Source: a bacterium (GTDB taxonomy: Bacteria; UBP6; UBA1177). Taken from it: a stretch of DNA of 64,000 nucleotides. The DNA is taken from assembly GCA_016290135.1 (NCBI GenBank), contig JAEESW010000009.1, positions 3,174 through 67,173 on the forward strand. The letters are read 5' to 3'. This document shows positions 28,701 to 38,334 of this stretch, in pieces (the stretch's first letter is position 1; every line of letters begins with the position of its first letter). A program made the position numbers and the translations under genes. The notes beneath the pieces were generated by a model, which made no database searches, had not been told where the DNA came from, and saw only the letters and a program-made list of their open reading frames with translations.

Positions 28701-28813
28701 ATCAGCGGGAAAAAATGTAGTCAGTGTTTCCCTATTATCAATACTTTTTTAGTTTTTGCGGCAAAAATCAGGTGGATCTGCATAGTTTCAAAGTGCGTAT
28801 CTGCTTTTTATTC

Positions 28814-28841
28814 TTGACAAAAAGACTTTCCTGCCTACAAT
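28814..28841 (+). promoter_or_regulatory. sigma70-like promoter upstream of rpsU
   Basis: TTGACA-N16-TACAAT about 55 nt upstream of the rpsU ATG. Confidence 0.5.
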
Positions 28842-28895
28842 CCCCGCGCTTCATGTTGTTTTAACAAATCAGAAGTATGAAAGGTGGTGAAAACC

Positions 28896-29111
28896 ATGCG
28901 TAGACAGAAAATCATCGCTCCTTTGGAAGTGTATGTATCCGACGATCTCGAGAAGGCGATAAAGATCCTCAAGAAAAAAATGGCTCTCGAAGGTCTTTAC
29001 AAAGAAATCAAAAAACGCCGTCACTACGAGCCGCCGTCAGTCCGTAACCGTCTGAAAAAGGAAGAAGCGGAGAGAAGACGCAGAAAAAACATGAAGAAAA
29101 AAAGAGGTTAA
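28896..29111 (+). CDS. rpsU: 30S ribosomal protein S21
   Basis: Basic 71-aa protein, ...LEKAIKILKKKMALEGLYKEIKKRRHYEPPSVRNR... matching the S21 fold. ATG 28896 with GGTGGTG RBS. Confidence 0.85.
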   Translation: MRRQKIIAPLEVYVSDDLEKAIKILKKKMALEGLYKEIKKRRHYEPPSVRNRLKKEEAERRRRKNMKKKRG

Positions 29112-29131
29112 TCTCCTTTTTTTTGGTTGAA

Positions 29132-29158
29132 GCCGCCCGAAAGGGCGGTTTTTTTTTA
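29132..29158 (+). terminator. rho-independent terminator after rpsU
   Basis: GCCGCCC-GAAA-GGGCGG followed by a T9 run. Confidence 0.75.
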
Positions 29159-29209
29159 TCTTGAAGATCACAAAAAATCAGAAATTCTTAGGCAGGATCA
29201 AGTTCGGAA

Positions 29210-30157
29210 CTAATTTTCCTCGGCTATCGGAAGGAATCCGCGACCGTAGATCTGGTTCGTGTCAAAGACCGAGATGAAAGCGTCTTTGTCGGTGTCTTTG
29301 ACGAAATCCTGAAGCGCCGAAAGTTCGCGGCGGCTGAGTGCGGTGTAGATGACTTTCTTGTCTTCATGGCCGTACATTCCCTGAGCGAAGAAGAACGTGC
29401 CGCCTCTTCTGAGTTTATGAAGAATGAATTCACTGATCTCCTCGTGTTTTGAGGATACTACGAAAACTGCCTTTCTGTTGCTTCCGCCGAGAAGGACCGC
29501 GTCAAGCACTTTGCCGGTGAGGTAGATCGTGATGAGGGCGTAAAGGGCGAGCGAAAAGTCTTTGAAAGCGATGACACCGACAGAAACGATCGCCGAATCG
29601 ATGAATATAAGCAGCTGTCCGACTGAGATCTTCGTATATTTGTTGATTATCTGTGCGATGATGTCGCTGCCGCCGGTCGTTGCCTTTGCCCTGAAAATAA
29701 GCGCAAGCCCGACACCGATCAAAACTCCGGCGACCAGACTTGCAAGGATCGGATCCTGGACCGGCGAGGCGAGGAACTCTTCTCCTTCGGCAAGATCTTT
29801 CGGGCGGAACCATCCGAGATTTTCTATCAGTTTCGACTGAAAATCGATGAAAAATGAAGTCGCGATCGTGCCTACGAATGTCTTTACGCCGAATCTCGGC
29901 CCCAGAATGTACATGCCGAGCGCGAAAAGCGGGATGTTGAACATAAGTCCGACCGTTCCTGTGGGAAATCCGAAAACGTGGTGGATGACGATCGCGATGC
30001 CGTAAACACCGCCCGGGACGATCTTGTGCGGATCTGCGAAAAACGAGTATCCTGAAGCCATGATCATTGAACCTAAAACTATGAGGAAGTAGGATTTGAA
30101 CCATCTCGCCGAGTAAAGTTTGTCGGTGAAAAAGCGTTCTTTAGAAAGAATAGACAT
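29210..30157 (-). CDS. YitT family membrane protein (DUF161 + DUF2179)
   Basis: Multi-TM N-terminal region and C-terminal DUF2179-like domain (KAVFVVSSKHEEISEFIL..GGTFFFAQGMYG). Real start MSILSKE at 30157 with GGAGAA RBS. Confidence 0.8.
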   Translation of the reverse strand: MSILSKERFFTDKLYSARWFKSYFLIVLGSMIMASGYSFFADPHKIVPGGVYGIAIVIHHVFGFPTGTVGLMFNIPLFALGMYILGPRFGVKTFVGTIATSFFIDFQSKLIENLGWFRPKDLAEGEEFLASPVQDPILASLVAGVLIGVGLALIFRAKATTGGSDIIAQIINKYTKISVGQLLIFIDSAIVSVGVIAFKDFSLALYALITIYLTGKVLDAVLLGGSNRKAVFVVSSKHEEISEFILHKLRRGGTFFFAQGMYGHEDKKVIYTALSRRELSALQDFVKDTDKDAFISVFDTNQIYGRGFLPIAEEN

Positions 30158-30331
30158 AGATTTTCTCCATTTGCAAAAAACACAAAAAACAAAAGCGGCG
30201 GCAATATACGGAAAATTGATAAAAAGGCAAGTTTTTTTTAATATTTTTAAACAAATAGGCTCCTTGACAAATGGTTTTTTGATATTAGATTCGCGATGTT
30301 TCAACGGTCGTTGTTTTTCTTGGAGTTTTTT

Positions 30332-30973
30332 ATGGTTTTTGAAGGAAAAAATCTTCTGCTTTACGCTGTCGGCGGTTCAGACGGGACTGAAAAAGACAAG
30401 TTTTTTGCTGATCTCGAATCGGCTTTGAAAGGGGGGATCACCTGCTTCCAGCTTAGGGAAAAGCATCTCTCTTCTGACGAATTCCTTGCCGAAGCCAAAG
30501 AAGTGAAGAAACTCTGCGAAAAGTATTCCGTGCCGCTTATCATAAACGACAATGTGGAAATAGCACTCGAAAGCGGAGCCGACGGAGTCCACGTCGGGCA
30601 GGATGACGGAGATGTCGCGGAAGTCCGCAGAATGGTGGGAAACAGGCTCATCGTCGGAGTTTCCGCGCACAATGTCGAAGAGGCTCTTCTTGCCGAAAAA
30701 AACGGTGCAGACTACCTTGGAAGCGGAGCAGTCTTCGGAAGTGCGACAAAATCGAATGTTCACGTTCTTCCGCTTGAAACACTCAAAAACATCACCGCCG
30801 CAGTCAAGATCCCTGTCGTTGCGATAGGCGGCATCAACGAAAACAACATGATGCAGCTTGAAGGAACAGGCATCGACGGAGTCGCTCTTGTGAGCGCGGT
30901 TTTCGGCGCAAGCGATATCGAAAATAAGTGCAGGATGCTGAAAAAGTTGGCGGAAAAGGTTGTGAAAGGATAG
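30332..30973 (+). CDS. thiE: thiamine-phosphate synthase
   Basis: FQLREKH, LIINDNVEIAL, GADGVHVGQDD, AIGGIN motifs of ThiE. ATG 30332 (TGGAG RBS). Confidence 0.9.
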   Translation: MVFEGKNLLLYAVGGSDGTEKDKFFADLESALKGGITCFQLREKHLSSDEFLAEAKEVKKLCEKYSVPLIINDNVEIALESGADGVHVGQDDGDVAEVRRMVGNRLIVGVSAHNVEEALLAEKNGADYLGSGAVFGSATKSNVHVLPLETLKNITAAVKIPVVAIGGINENNMMQLEGTGIDGVALVSAVFGASDIENKCRMLKKLAEKVVKG

Positions 30974-30985
30974 GCGAGTTGCCAC

Positions 30986-32323
30986 TTATCTTACACATCT
31001 GACATACATCTCAGTCTTATTGTATTTATAGTTACGAGACAATATACCATAACCAAAAATCACACCCCACGCCATGTCATCGTATTCTGGCAAACATGTG
31101 GTTGAAGACCAAAACATTGCATATTCCCCGGGCATATCTGGAAAGTCTGAATAGGGTTCTTCCGATTTGTTGTAATTTAATAGCGAAATCAGTTCATTTT
31201 TGTTTGGCAAACGCCAGTCATTATGATTCGCATAATTTTCATCATTCAAACCTTGGCAATAGGATAGAGCCTCTCCCCAGCTTATTCCGTCACCGACATA
31301 TTCTTTTTGCCACATCAATCCTGTTGTTGAATCAATGACCACATTCTTGCCGTTTTCCGTTGTTTCTTGAAAAGAGCCTTCGGAAAAACCGTCTCCACGA
31401 ACGCATAATACTTCATAGGCATTTGTTTTCGGCAGACCGTTCCAAACCCATCCTTCAAAAGGACCAAAGTAATAAGCACATTCTGAGTCGTATTCTTTTG
31501 ATGTCCATAAAATCTCCGTATATGAGGGATCAGAGATATTTACTTTATGCTGCATTTTAAATACTGAGTTTAACCAGTCTTTCGTTACAATTGTTAAAAG
31601 TTCAGTCGGGGAAGGAAGATGCCAGTCAGAATATCCGGCATAATTCGAATTGTTCAGTGCAAGGCATTCATTGCCGGCTTCTTCCCAAGTATATTTATTA
31701 GCTAAAGGCTCTTGAAGCCATATTAATCCGGTATTGTTATCCACAACAATGCTGTTTCCTGAAACTGTCTGAACAGAGAAACTCTGCAGTATGCATATCC
31801 CCTGCTCGGCGTATTGAGCATCCTGACCATAGAAATCATCATCTTTATCCGGACAGTCGATTACTTCCCCATAATTGTAACATTTGTCAATACCGGTGCA
31901 AAGATTGCCTATTGACAGAAAATTTCCATTAGGGTTTGATTTACAAATATAACCATTCCAGCTATATCCTAAGTCACACTTGCAGGAAAAATTTTCACCT
32001 AAAACAATGCAGACACCAGTGGAATTGGTAACATCTAAACAAGGATTCGGCTCGCATGGATCTGTTGGCTGAGCGTTGATGTCATCAGACTCAGTATCAC
32101 TCTCTTTGCTTGGCAGTGTGTCAGTATCATTGTCTCTTTCAATTGTATCATCATCGGATTCCGTATCATCAATTTCTTCATCTGTTGTTTCATGCTCGAC
32201 ATTAACGATATCTTCGTCTGTAATTTCGGATTGAGGAAGCCTTTCGCCAGTTTTTTTATCACTTCCGCAAGCTACAAAGATAATAAGTGCTGAAACAAGA
32301 AAAATCAGATGAAATTTTTTCAT
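30986..32323 (-). CDS. lipoprotein with EGF-like Cys-rich module and two DUF1566 (Lcl C-terminal / Fibrobacter-paralogous-type) domains
   Basis: Lipobox LVSALIIFVACGS; acidic Asp/Glu/Thr-rich linker; CxCxxGYxWNGxxC module; two DUF1566 repeats with W-x-LP-x-x-EL cores (SDWHLPSPTELLTI, NDWRLPNKNELISL). Confidence 0.75.
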   Translation of the reverse strand: MKKFHLIFLVSALIIFVACGSDKKTGERLPQSEITDEDIVNVEHETTDEEIDDTESDDDTIERDNDTDTLPSKESDTESDDINAQPTDPCEPNPCLDVTNSTGVCIVLGENFSCKCDLGYSWNGYICKSNPNGNFLSIGNLCTGIDKCYNYGEVIDCPDKDDDFYGQDAQYAEQGICILQSFSVQTVSGNSIVVDNNTGLIWLQEPLANKYTWEEAGNECLALNNSNYAGYSDWHLPSPTELLTIVTKDWLNSVFKMQHKVNISDPSYTEILWTSKEYDSECAYYFGPFEGWVWNGLPKTNAYEVLCVRGDGFSEGSFQETTENGKNVVIDSTTGLMWQKEYVGDGISWGEALSYCQGLNDENYANHNDWRLPNKNELISLLNYNKSEEPYSDFPDMPGEYAMFWSSTTCLPEYDDMAWGVIFGYGILSRNYKYNKTEMYVRCVR

Positions 32324-32494
32324 GATTTTCTCCTGAAAAAATCAAAAAAGCTGAAAATTATAAGAAAATCAGTGGATAAAGCAAGAGTTTGATTCATTTT
32401 CGAACAAGCAATTTTGAGAGTTTTCCAATATTTGACAAACTCTTTTTTAACGCTACATTCCCATTGTTTCTGGTTTTTTGACTGTTTCGTCTTT

Positions 32495-32600
32495 TTGCAG
32501 GGGAGCGTGCTGAGGCAGGCTGAGAGGAAGTTAGGCTTTGACCCTTTGACCTGATGCGGGTAATGCCGCCGTAGGGAGTCTTTTTGGAATCTTTTTGTCG
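32495..32600 (+). ncRNA. TPP (THI-box) riboswitch in the thiD-cytX leader
   Basis: GGGGAGCGTGCTGAGG..GCTGAGAGG..ACCCTTTGACCTGATGCGGGTAATGCCGCCGTAGGGAG matches the TPP aptamer consensus (CUGAGA, ACCUGAU..GGUAAUGCC..GCGUAGGGA). Lies about 110-200 nt upstream of the thiD ATG. Confidence 0.85.
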
Positions 32601-32704
32601 GCTTTCAGACGCTTTAATGCAGGAAACAAACAAGTGAGTTGCGGCGCACCGGGGGCACCACTCTGCGTCGCGTAATAAAAATAGTGCTGAAAAAAGGAGG
32701 AATT

Positions 32705-33508
32705 ATGAAAACAGCATTATCAATCGCTGGCAGTGACTGCAGCGGAGGCGCCGGGATTCAGGCCGATCTCAAAACGATGACCATGAACGGGGTTTACGCA
32801 ATGAGCGCGATAACGGCTCTCACGGCGCAGAACACCACCGGCGTGACGGGGATCTCGGAAGTAACTCCGGATTTTCTCAAACAACAGATTGACGCAGTGT
32901 TTACGGACATTTTTCCCGATGCCGTAAAAATCGGAATGGTCTCTTCAACTGGCCTAATCAAAGTGATCGCAGAAAGGCTCCGCTTCCACGGTGCGAAAAA
33001 CATCGTAGTCGACCCTGTCATGGTCGCGACAAGCGGTTCCGCGCTTCTTAAAAACGATGCGGTCGAAGCTCTTGAAACCGAGCTCTTAAGCATTGCGACA
33101 GTCGCCACACCCAATATCCCGGAGGCAGAAATTCTTTCGGGAATGCCGGTTAAAAACGAAGCCGACATGATCAAAGCGGCTCACGCGATCCACGAAAAAT
33201 TCGGCTGCGCAGTTCTTCTCAAGGGCGGCCACAGCGTAAACGACGCTAACGACCTTCTTGTTTCCGAAAAAGGGGAAAAGTGGTTCATGGGCAAACGGAT
33301 CGACAACCCAAACACCCACGGGACCGGCTGCACTCTTTCTTCCGCGATCGCGGCTAATCTGGCGAAAGGTTTTGACCTTGAGACCTCGATCCAGAGGGCA
33401 AAAGATTACATTTCGGGCGCACTTGCGGCCATGCTCGATCTCGGCAGAGGACGAGGACCTATGCAGCACAATTTCAATCTGACGGGCGAATTCGCGAAGG
33501 AGGCGTAA
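32705..33508 (+). CDS. thiD: hydroxymethylpyrimidine/phosphomethylpyrimidine kinase
   Basis: SIAGSDCSGGAGIQADLKT, KIGMV, DPVMVATSG, LLKGGH motifs. ATG 32705 with AAGGAGG RBS. Confidence 0.9.
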   Translation: MKTALSIAGSDCSGGAGIQADLKTMTMNGVYAMSAITALTAQNTTGVTGISEVTPDFLKQQIDAVFTDIFPDAVKIGMVSSTGLIKVIAERLRFHGAKNIVVDPVMVATSGSALLKNDAVEALETELLSIATVATPNIPEAEILSGMPVKNEADMIKAAHAIHEKFGCAVLLKGGHSVNDANDLLVSEKGEKWFMGKRIDNPNTHGTGCTLSSAIAANLAKGFDLETSIQRAKDYISGALAAMLDLGRGRGPMQHNFNLTGEFAKEA

Positions 33509-34678
33509 ATGGAAGAAAAAAGAACGAGTTTGCTTGAAAACAGCTTTATCTGGTTCGGCGCGGCTGTATCTATTGCCGAAATTCTCACCGGTACTTACTT
33601 CGCGCCGCTTGGCTTCAAAAACGGATTCCTAGCGATAATTTTAGGTCACATCATAGGCTGCGCGATGCTCTTTCTTGCAGGCGTAGTCGGCGGAAAAGTG
33701 AGACTCAGCGCGATGGATTCAGTCAAAATGAGTTTCGGCGAAAAAGGCGGAATACTCTTTGCCGTTCTCAACATAATGCAGCTTCTGGGCTGGACCGGAA
33801 TAATGATCTATGACGGTGCCCTTTCGGCAAACGGCCTCGTTTCGGCTGGAAACTGGGTGTGGGCACTCGTCATCGGCGTTCTCATTGTCCTCTGGGTAAT
33901 GTTCGGGATCGTCAATGTCACCAAAATCAATAGCGTGGCAGTCACTGCGCTTCTTGTTCTCACCGTGATTTTAAGTGTTAAGATCTTTACCGGCGAAGGT
34001 GCGGCGGTATCGGCTGAAGATGCGATGAGTTTCGGCGCGGCGGTCGAACTTTCGGCTGCGATGCCCCTTTCGTGGCTGCCGCTTATCAGCGACTACACGA
34101 GCAAGGCTGAAAAACCGGTCATTGCCTCGGCAGTCAGTTCCGTCATCTACGGCATCGTGAGCTGCTGGATGTACACGATCGGCATGGGAGCCGCGATATT
34201 CACGGGAGAGAGCGACCTCGCCCAGATAATGATCAAAGCAGGGCTCGGCGCAGGGCTTGTGATCATCATCTTTTCGACAGTCACGACGACATTTCTGGAC
34301 GCGTATTCGGCAGGAATTTCGGCAGAATCGGTTTCAACTAAGCTCAAATCCAAGGCAGTCGCAGTCGCTGCGGCGCTTCTCGGAACTATCGGTGCGATAC
34401 TTTTCAACATGGATGACATCACCGATTTCCTCTACCTCATCGGCTCGGTTTTCGCCCCGATGACGGCTGTCCTCATCGCCGATTTCTTTATCCTGAAGCA
34501 CCGCAACATCGAAAAAGCATTCGTCTGGACGAATCTCATCGTCTGGGTCATCGGTTTCGTGCTTTACCGCTACCTCATGACAGTCGATTTCATTCTCGGA
34601 AACACCCTTCCAGATATGCTCATAACGATGGTTATCTGCGTTGTTGCGAATAAAATAGCCGGAAAAAAGGCGGCCTGA
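33509..34678 (+). CDS. cytX: putative hydroxymethylpyrimidine transporter CytX (NCS1-like permease)
   Basis: 389-aa, ~12-TM permease immediately coupled to thiD under the TPP riboswitch. N-terminal FIWFGAAVSIAEILTG typical of the CytX/NCS1 group. Confidence 0.7.
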   Translation: MEEKRTSLLENSFIWFGAAVSIAEILTGTYFAPLGFKNGFLAIILGHIIGCAMLFLAGVVGGKVRLSAMDSVKMSFGEKGGILFAVLNIMQLLGWTGIMIYDGALSANGLVSAGNWVWALVIGVLIVLWVMFGIVNVTKINSVAVTALLVLTVILSVKIFTGEGAAVSAEDAMSFGAAVELSAAMPLSWLPLISDYTSKAEKPVIASAVSSVIYGIVSCWMYTIGMGAAIFTGESDLAQIMIKAGLGAGLVIIIFSTVTTTFLDAYSAGISAESVSTKLKSKAVAVAAALLGTIGAILFNMDDITDFLYLIGSVFAPMTAVLIADFFILKHRNIEKAFVWTNLIVWVIGFVLYRYLMTVDFILGNTLPDMLITMVICVVANKIAGKKAA

Positions 34679-34831
34679 AATCGAACCGCCTGTCCGGGTG
34701 GTTTGCAAATCTTTTATATCCACTTTGTGTATGATAACTTTTTTCTATATCTATTTTGTCAAAAAATATTTCTAAAAACTTTGGAATTTTTTTTAATGTG
34801 CTATAATAAAATGCTTTTGTTGGAGTTTAAA

Positions 34832-35683
34832 ATGAAGAATTTGATTTTTACAGCACTCTTTTTTGCCACTTTTTTCCTTTCGGCGCAGATGGTGGTCGAA
34901 AGTCCTGAGACCGATGCGCTGCTTGCGACGCAGATGCTTCTCATAAACGAACTCGCGGTCGACAGCAGAAGCACGGAGGCTGAACATTTTTTCGAGTATC
35001 TGGCGCAGTTCGCCGAAGTCATTTCCGCGATAAAGAAGAGAGGAGAGGAGGCCGCCGGACTTCTTGCAATAGGTGAGAAACTCAAAAACAGAAGTGCGGA
35101 AGAGTGGCTTCGTGAAGTCGAGAACGGGTTAAGGGGGACTTTTCCCGATATCGGCGAAATGGAAATCGGATCGGATGCAGGTGGCGCAAGGAGGGGAAAG
35201 TATGCTGACTATGTCGCTGCATGGAGCGGAAGAACAGGAGAGTATCACGACAGACTGCTTGAAAATTACGGCGGACAGATGATGTTCCCGGAACTTTTTC
35301 CGGCTGTCGCAGAGTCGGACAAAGATTTTATACACGGCGAAAGTGCGCAGAAGATCGTCCATAAAGCGTGGCTTGGATCCGGGATGGAGTATGAAATGAA
35401 GAACGATGCCGTGCGTGAAAGGATGTTCAGACACTATTATGAGGAATATGTAAAAAGCGCGAAGGAAAACAACAACATCGAGGCGCTTGGGCTTGCGAAT
35501 CTGATGCAGGCATCCTACATTTCCGCGGAAACGCTGGAGCATATCCGGAAAAATCTTGATCTCAAAGTGATGAGGGAGCAGTTCGACCGCGATTCATCAG
35601 ATTCGTACCTTCGATCTGTCAAAAAGGATCAGGAAGAGGACGGAGTGAAGAAAAAGCGTGAAAAAAGCATCTTCGGGCTTTGA
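34832..35683 (+). CDS. secreted hypothetical protein
   Basis: ATG 34832 with TTGGAG RBS; signal peptide MKNLIFTALFFATFFLSAQ; no recognised domain. ORF-track start 34703 is an upstream extension. Confidence 0.55.
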   Translation: MKNLIFTALFFATFFLSAQMVVESPETDALLATQMLLINELAVDSRSTEAEHFFEYLAQFAEVISAIKKRGEEAAGLLAIGEKLKNRSAEEWLREVENGLRGTFPDIGEMEIGSDAGGARRGKYADYVAAWSGRTGEYHDRLLENYGGQMMFPELFPAVAESDKDFIHGESAQKIVHKAWLGSGMEYEMKNDAVRERMFRHYYEEYVKSAKENNNIEALGLANLMQASYISAETLEHIRKNLDLKVMREQFDRDSSDSYLRSVKKDQEEDGVKKKREKSIFGL

Positions 35684-36237
35684 AGAAGGAGGGTGAGGTG
35701 TTCGCGGCTGTACTGTTTTTCATGCTTTTTTCTTCCGTTGACACGGCTTCGGCGGAACTTATCGACAGGGAGTATTCGCGCATTATAGAAGAGGCTGTGA
35801 AAAAATATCCCTACATTTCGGCAAAAGGGGTGAAAACAACGATAGACACTGCGCTCGTCAAAGCCCTCATCTACTGCGAATCACGCGGGGATACTGATGC
35901 AAAGAGCAGGGCGGGGGCTTACGGACTCACACAGATCATGCCTGCTACCGCAAAACTTCTCGGGTGTGACTACAGGACTTTGAATGTGCCTGAAAACGCC
36001 GTCGGGTGCTCTGTCAAGTTCCTGGCGGCGCTTCTTACATACAATAAGGGAGATCTGGTGAAGACTCTGTCGGGTTACAACGGCGGGACTTATTCGACTG
36101 AGACGGATCCGACCGAAAAGAGCGGGAAACTGGCGGGAAAAATTTACGAAAACCCTGAAACAAAACGCTATGTCGTGTCTGTTTTAGAAATGTTCGGCTT
36201 CTTTAAAGAATTCGCAAAAGCTAAAAAATGCAAATAA
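35680..36237 (+). CDS. lytic transglycosylase (SLT) domain protein
   Basis: ALIYCESRGD..AYGLTQIMPATA core of the family 1 lytic transglycosylase domain; signal peptide. Start overlaps the upstream stop. Confidence 0.75.
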   Translation: MKKEGEVFAAVLFFMLFSSVDTASAELIDREYSRIIEEAVKKYPYISAKGVKTTIDTALVKALIYCESRGDTDAKSRAGAYGLTQIMPATAKLLGCDYRTLNVPENAVGCSVKFLAALLTYNKGDLVKTLSGYNGGTYSTETDPTEKSGKLAGKIYENPETKRYVVSVLEMFGFFKEFAKAKKCK

Positions 36238-36326
36238 AATCAGTGTCTTATTCCAGTTATGCGAAAAAATGTTGACATCGCTGAAAGATTTGATTATAAA
36301 GCGCGGCAATTTTCTTGTTCATGTGT

Positions 36327-36401
36327 GGGCTCGTAGCTCAGCGGGAGAGCACTGCTTTGACGTAGCAGGGGTCACTGGTTCAATCCCAGTCGGGCCTACC
36401 A
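36327..36401 (+). tRNA. tRNA-Val (anticodon GAC)
   Basis: Cloverleaf folds by hand: acceptor GGGCTCG/CGGGCCT, D arm GCTC..GAGC, anticodon stem CTGCT/AGCAG with loop TTGACGT, T arm ACTGG-TTCAATC-CCAGT, encoded CCA. Confidence 0.9.
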
Positions 36402-36420
36402 TGTTTCTTTTGAGGTTGAT

Positions 36421-38334
36421 ATGTTTGAAGTAATACTTCCCGACGGGAATGAAATCAAATCTGAAATTTCTGAAAATTGGTTATCGTTCATAAAGCGCCA
36501 GATAGGTGAAGGGCTTGCGAAGGCGGCTGTCGCTGTTTCAATAAATGATAAACTCGTTGATGTCACGGCAGAAGTCGAATCCGGCAGGATGTCTGTCATC
36601 ACCGCAAAAAGCGAAGAAGGGCTTGCGATCATCCGTCACTCTGCTTCACACATCATGGCTGATGCGGTCCAGCAGCTTTATCCTGGCACGAAAGTCACGA
36701 TCGGTCCTTCGATAGAGAACGGTTTTTATTACGATTTTGATTCGCCGCACCGCTTTTCGGTCGATGATTTCGAGGCGATCGAAAAGAAAATGGCCGAGAT
36801 AATAAAGGCGAAACATCCGTTTGAAAGAAAAGTCGTTTCAAAGGATGAAGCGGTAAAACTCTTCACCGAAAAGGGCGAGAATTTCAAAGTCGAGATCATT
36901 GAAGATCTTGGCGAGCCGGTCGTTTCGCTTTACTACGACGGCGATTTCGTCGATCTCTGCCGCGGTCCTCATGTCCCGAACACAGGTTTTGTAAAGGCTT
37001 ACAAACTTATGTCGGTCGCGGGTGCATACTGGCGCGGTGATGAAAACAGAGAGATGCTCCAGAGGATCTACGCTACGGCGTTCAGGACCAAAGAGGAGCT
37101 TGATGAATATCTCAAAATGCTCGAAGAGGCAAAAGAGAGAGATCACAGAAAAATAGGTGCTGATCTTGATCTTTTCACGTTTTCCGAAAATGTCGGCGGC
37201 GGGCTTTGTCTTTGGACTCCTAACGGCGGCATAGTCAGAACGGTCATCGAAAACTTCTGGAGAAAACAGCACGTTCGCCACGGATACAACATTGTTTTCA
37301 CTCCGCATATCGGAAGAAGCCTTCTTTGGGAGACAAGCGGACATTTGAGTTTCTATAAGGACGGGATGTATAATCCGATGGATATAGACGGCGAAGACTA
37401 TTATGTAAAGCCGATGAACTGCCCGTTCCATGTAATGCTCTACAAAAGAAAAAAATGGAGTTATCGCGAATTTCCGTTCAGATGGGCTGAGCTCGGCACT
37501 GTTTACAGATATGAAAAATCGGGAACTCTCAACGGTCTGAAACGTGTCCGCGGGTTCACACAGGACGATGCGCACCTTTTCTGCAGGCTCGACCAACTTG
37601 AGTCCGAGATCGATCGGGTCCTCAATTTTGCGCTTTTCATGCTGAGAAATTTCGGATTCGAGAAATTCAAAGTTTTCCTCAGCACCCGTCCGAAAGAGTA
37701 TGTCGGTGAGTTGGAAGTTTGGAATAAGGCTGAAGACGCGTTGAAGAAAGTTCTTGACGCTTCAGGTCTTCCGTGGGAGATCCAGGAAGGCGACGGCGCG
37801 TTTTACGGCCCGAAGATCGATGTGAACGTCACCGATTCGATAGGCAGACTTTGGCAGCTTTCCACGGTTCAGGTCGATTTCAACCTGCCGGAAAGATTCG
37901 ATATTGCATACACCGGCGAAGACGGTCAGGAACATCGTCCGATCATGCTCCACAGGGCATTGCTCGGTTCGATCGAACGCTTCTTCGGTGTTCTTATCGA
38001 ACACTTCAAAGGTGCTTTCCCGACATGGCTCGCTCCGGTTCAGGTCGCTGTTCTTCCGGTTTCGGAAAAGCATATCGGAACAGCCGAAAAATTGGTTTCC
38101 AGATTCGCTGAATCCGGGATCAGAATAAAACTTGACGACAGAAACGAAAAAGTTGGCTATAAGATTCGCGAATGGTCTGTTCAGAAAGTTCCTTACATCG
38201 TTGTAATAGGCGACAACGAAGCCGATCTCAAGACTGTCACGGTCAGAAAGAGAGGCGGAGATCAGGAAACTTTTGCAACGGAAGATTTCTTGGCTAAGTT
38301 AAACTCGGAAAATTATAACGGAGTTTACTATTGA
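36421..38334 (+). CDS. thrS: threonine--tRNA ligase
   Basis: TGS N-domain, editing-domain HxxxH (HSASHIMADAV), class II motifs (FRWAELGTVYRYE.., GFTQDDAHLF, ..GSIERF) and anticodon-binding domain; 637 aa. Confidence 0.97.
   Translation: MFEVILPDGNEIKSEISENWLSFIKRQIGEGLAKAAVAVSINDKLVDVTAEVESGRMSVITAKSEEGLAIIRHSASHIMADAVQQLYPGTKVTIGPSIENGFYYDFDSPHRFSVDDFEAIEKKMAEIIKAKHPFERKVVSKDEAVKLFTEKGENFKVEIIEDLGEPVVSLYYDGDFVDLCRGPHVPNTGFVKAYKLMSVAGAYWRGDENREMLQRIYATAFRTKEELDEYLKMLEEAKERDHRKIGADLDLFTFSENVGGGLCLWTPNGGIVRTVIENFWRKQHVRHGYNIVFTPHIGRSLLWETSGHLSFYKDGMYNPMDIDGEDYYVKPMNCPFHVMLYKRKKWSYREFPFRWAELGTVYRYEKSGTLNGLKRVRGFTQDDAHLFCRLDQLESEIDRVLNFALFMLRNFGFEKFKVFLSTRPKEYVGELEVWNKAEDALKKVLDASGLPWEIQEGDGAFYGPKIDVNVTDSIGRLWQLSTVQVDFNLPERFDIAYTGEDGQEHRPIMLHRALLGSIERFFGVLIEHFKGAFPTWLAPVQVAVLPVSEKHIGTAEKLVSRFAESGIRIKLDDRNEKVGYKIREWSVQKVPYIVVIGDNEADLKTVTVRKRGGDQETFATEDFLAKLNSENYNGVYY

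Noticed and set aside
29502-30104. 200-aa Arg/His-rich ORF in an alternative minus frame within the YitT gene
   Set aside because: Composition artefact; the YitT frame has TM helices and the DUF2179 domain.
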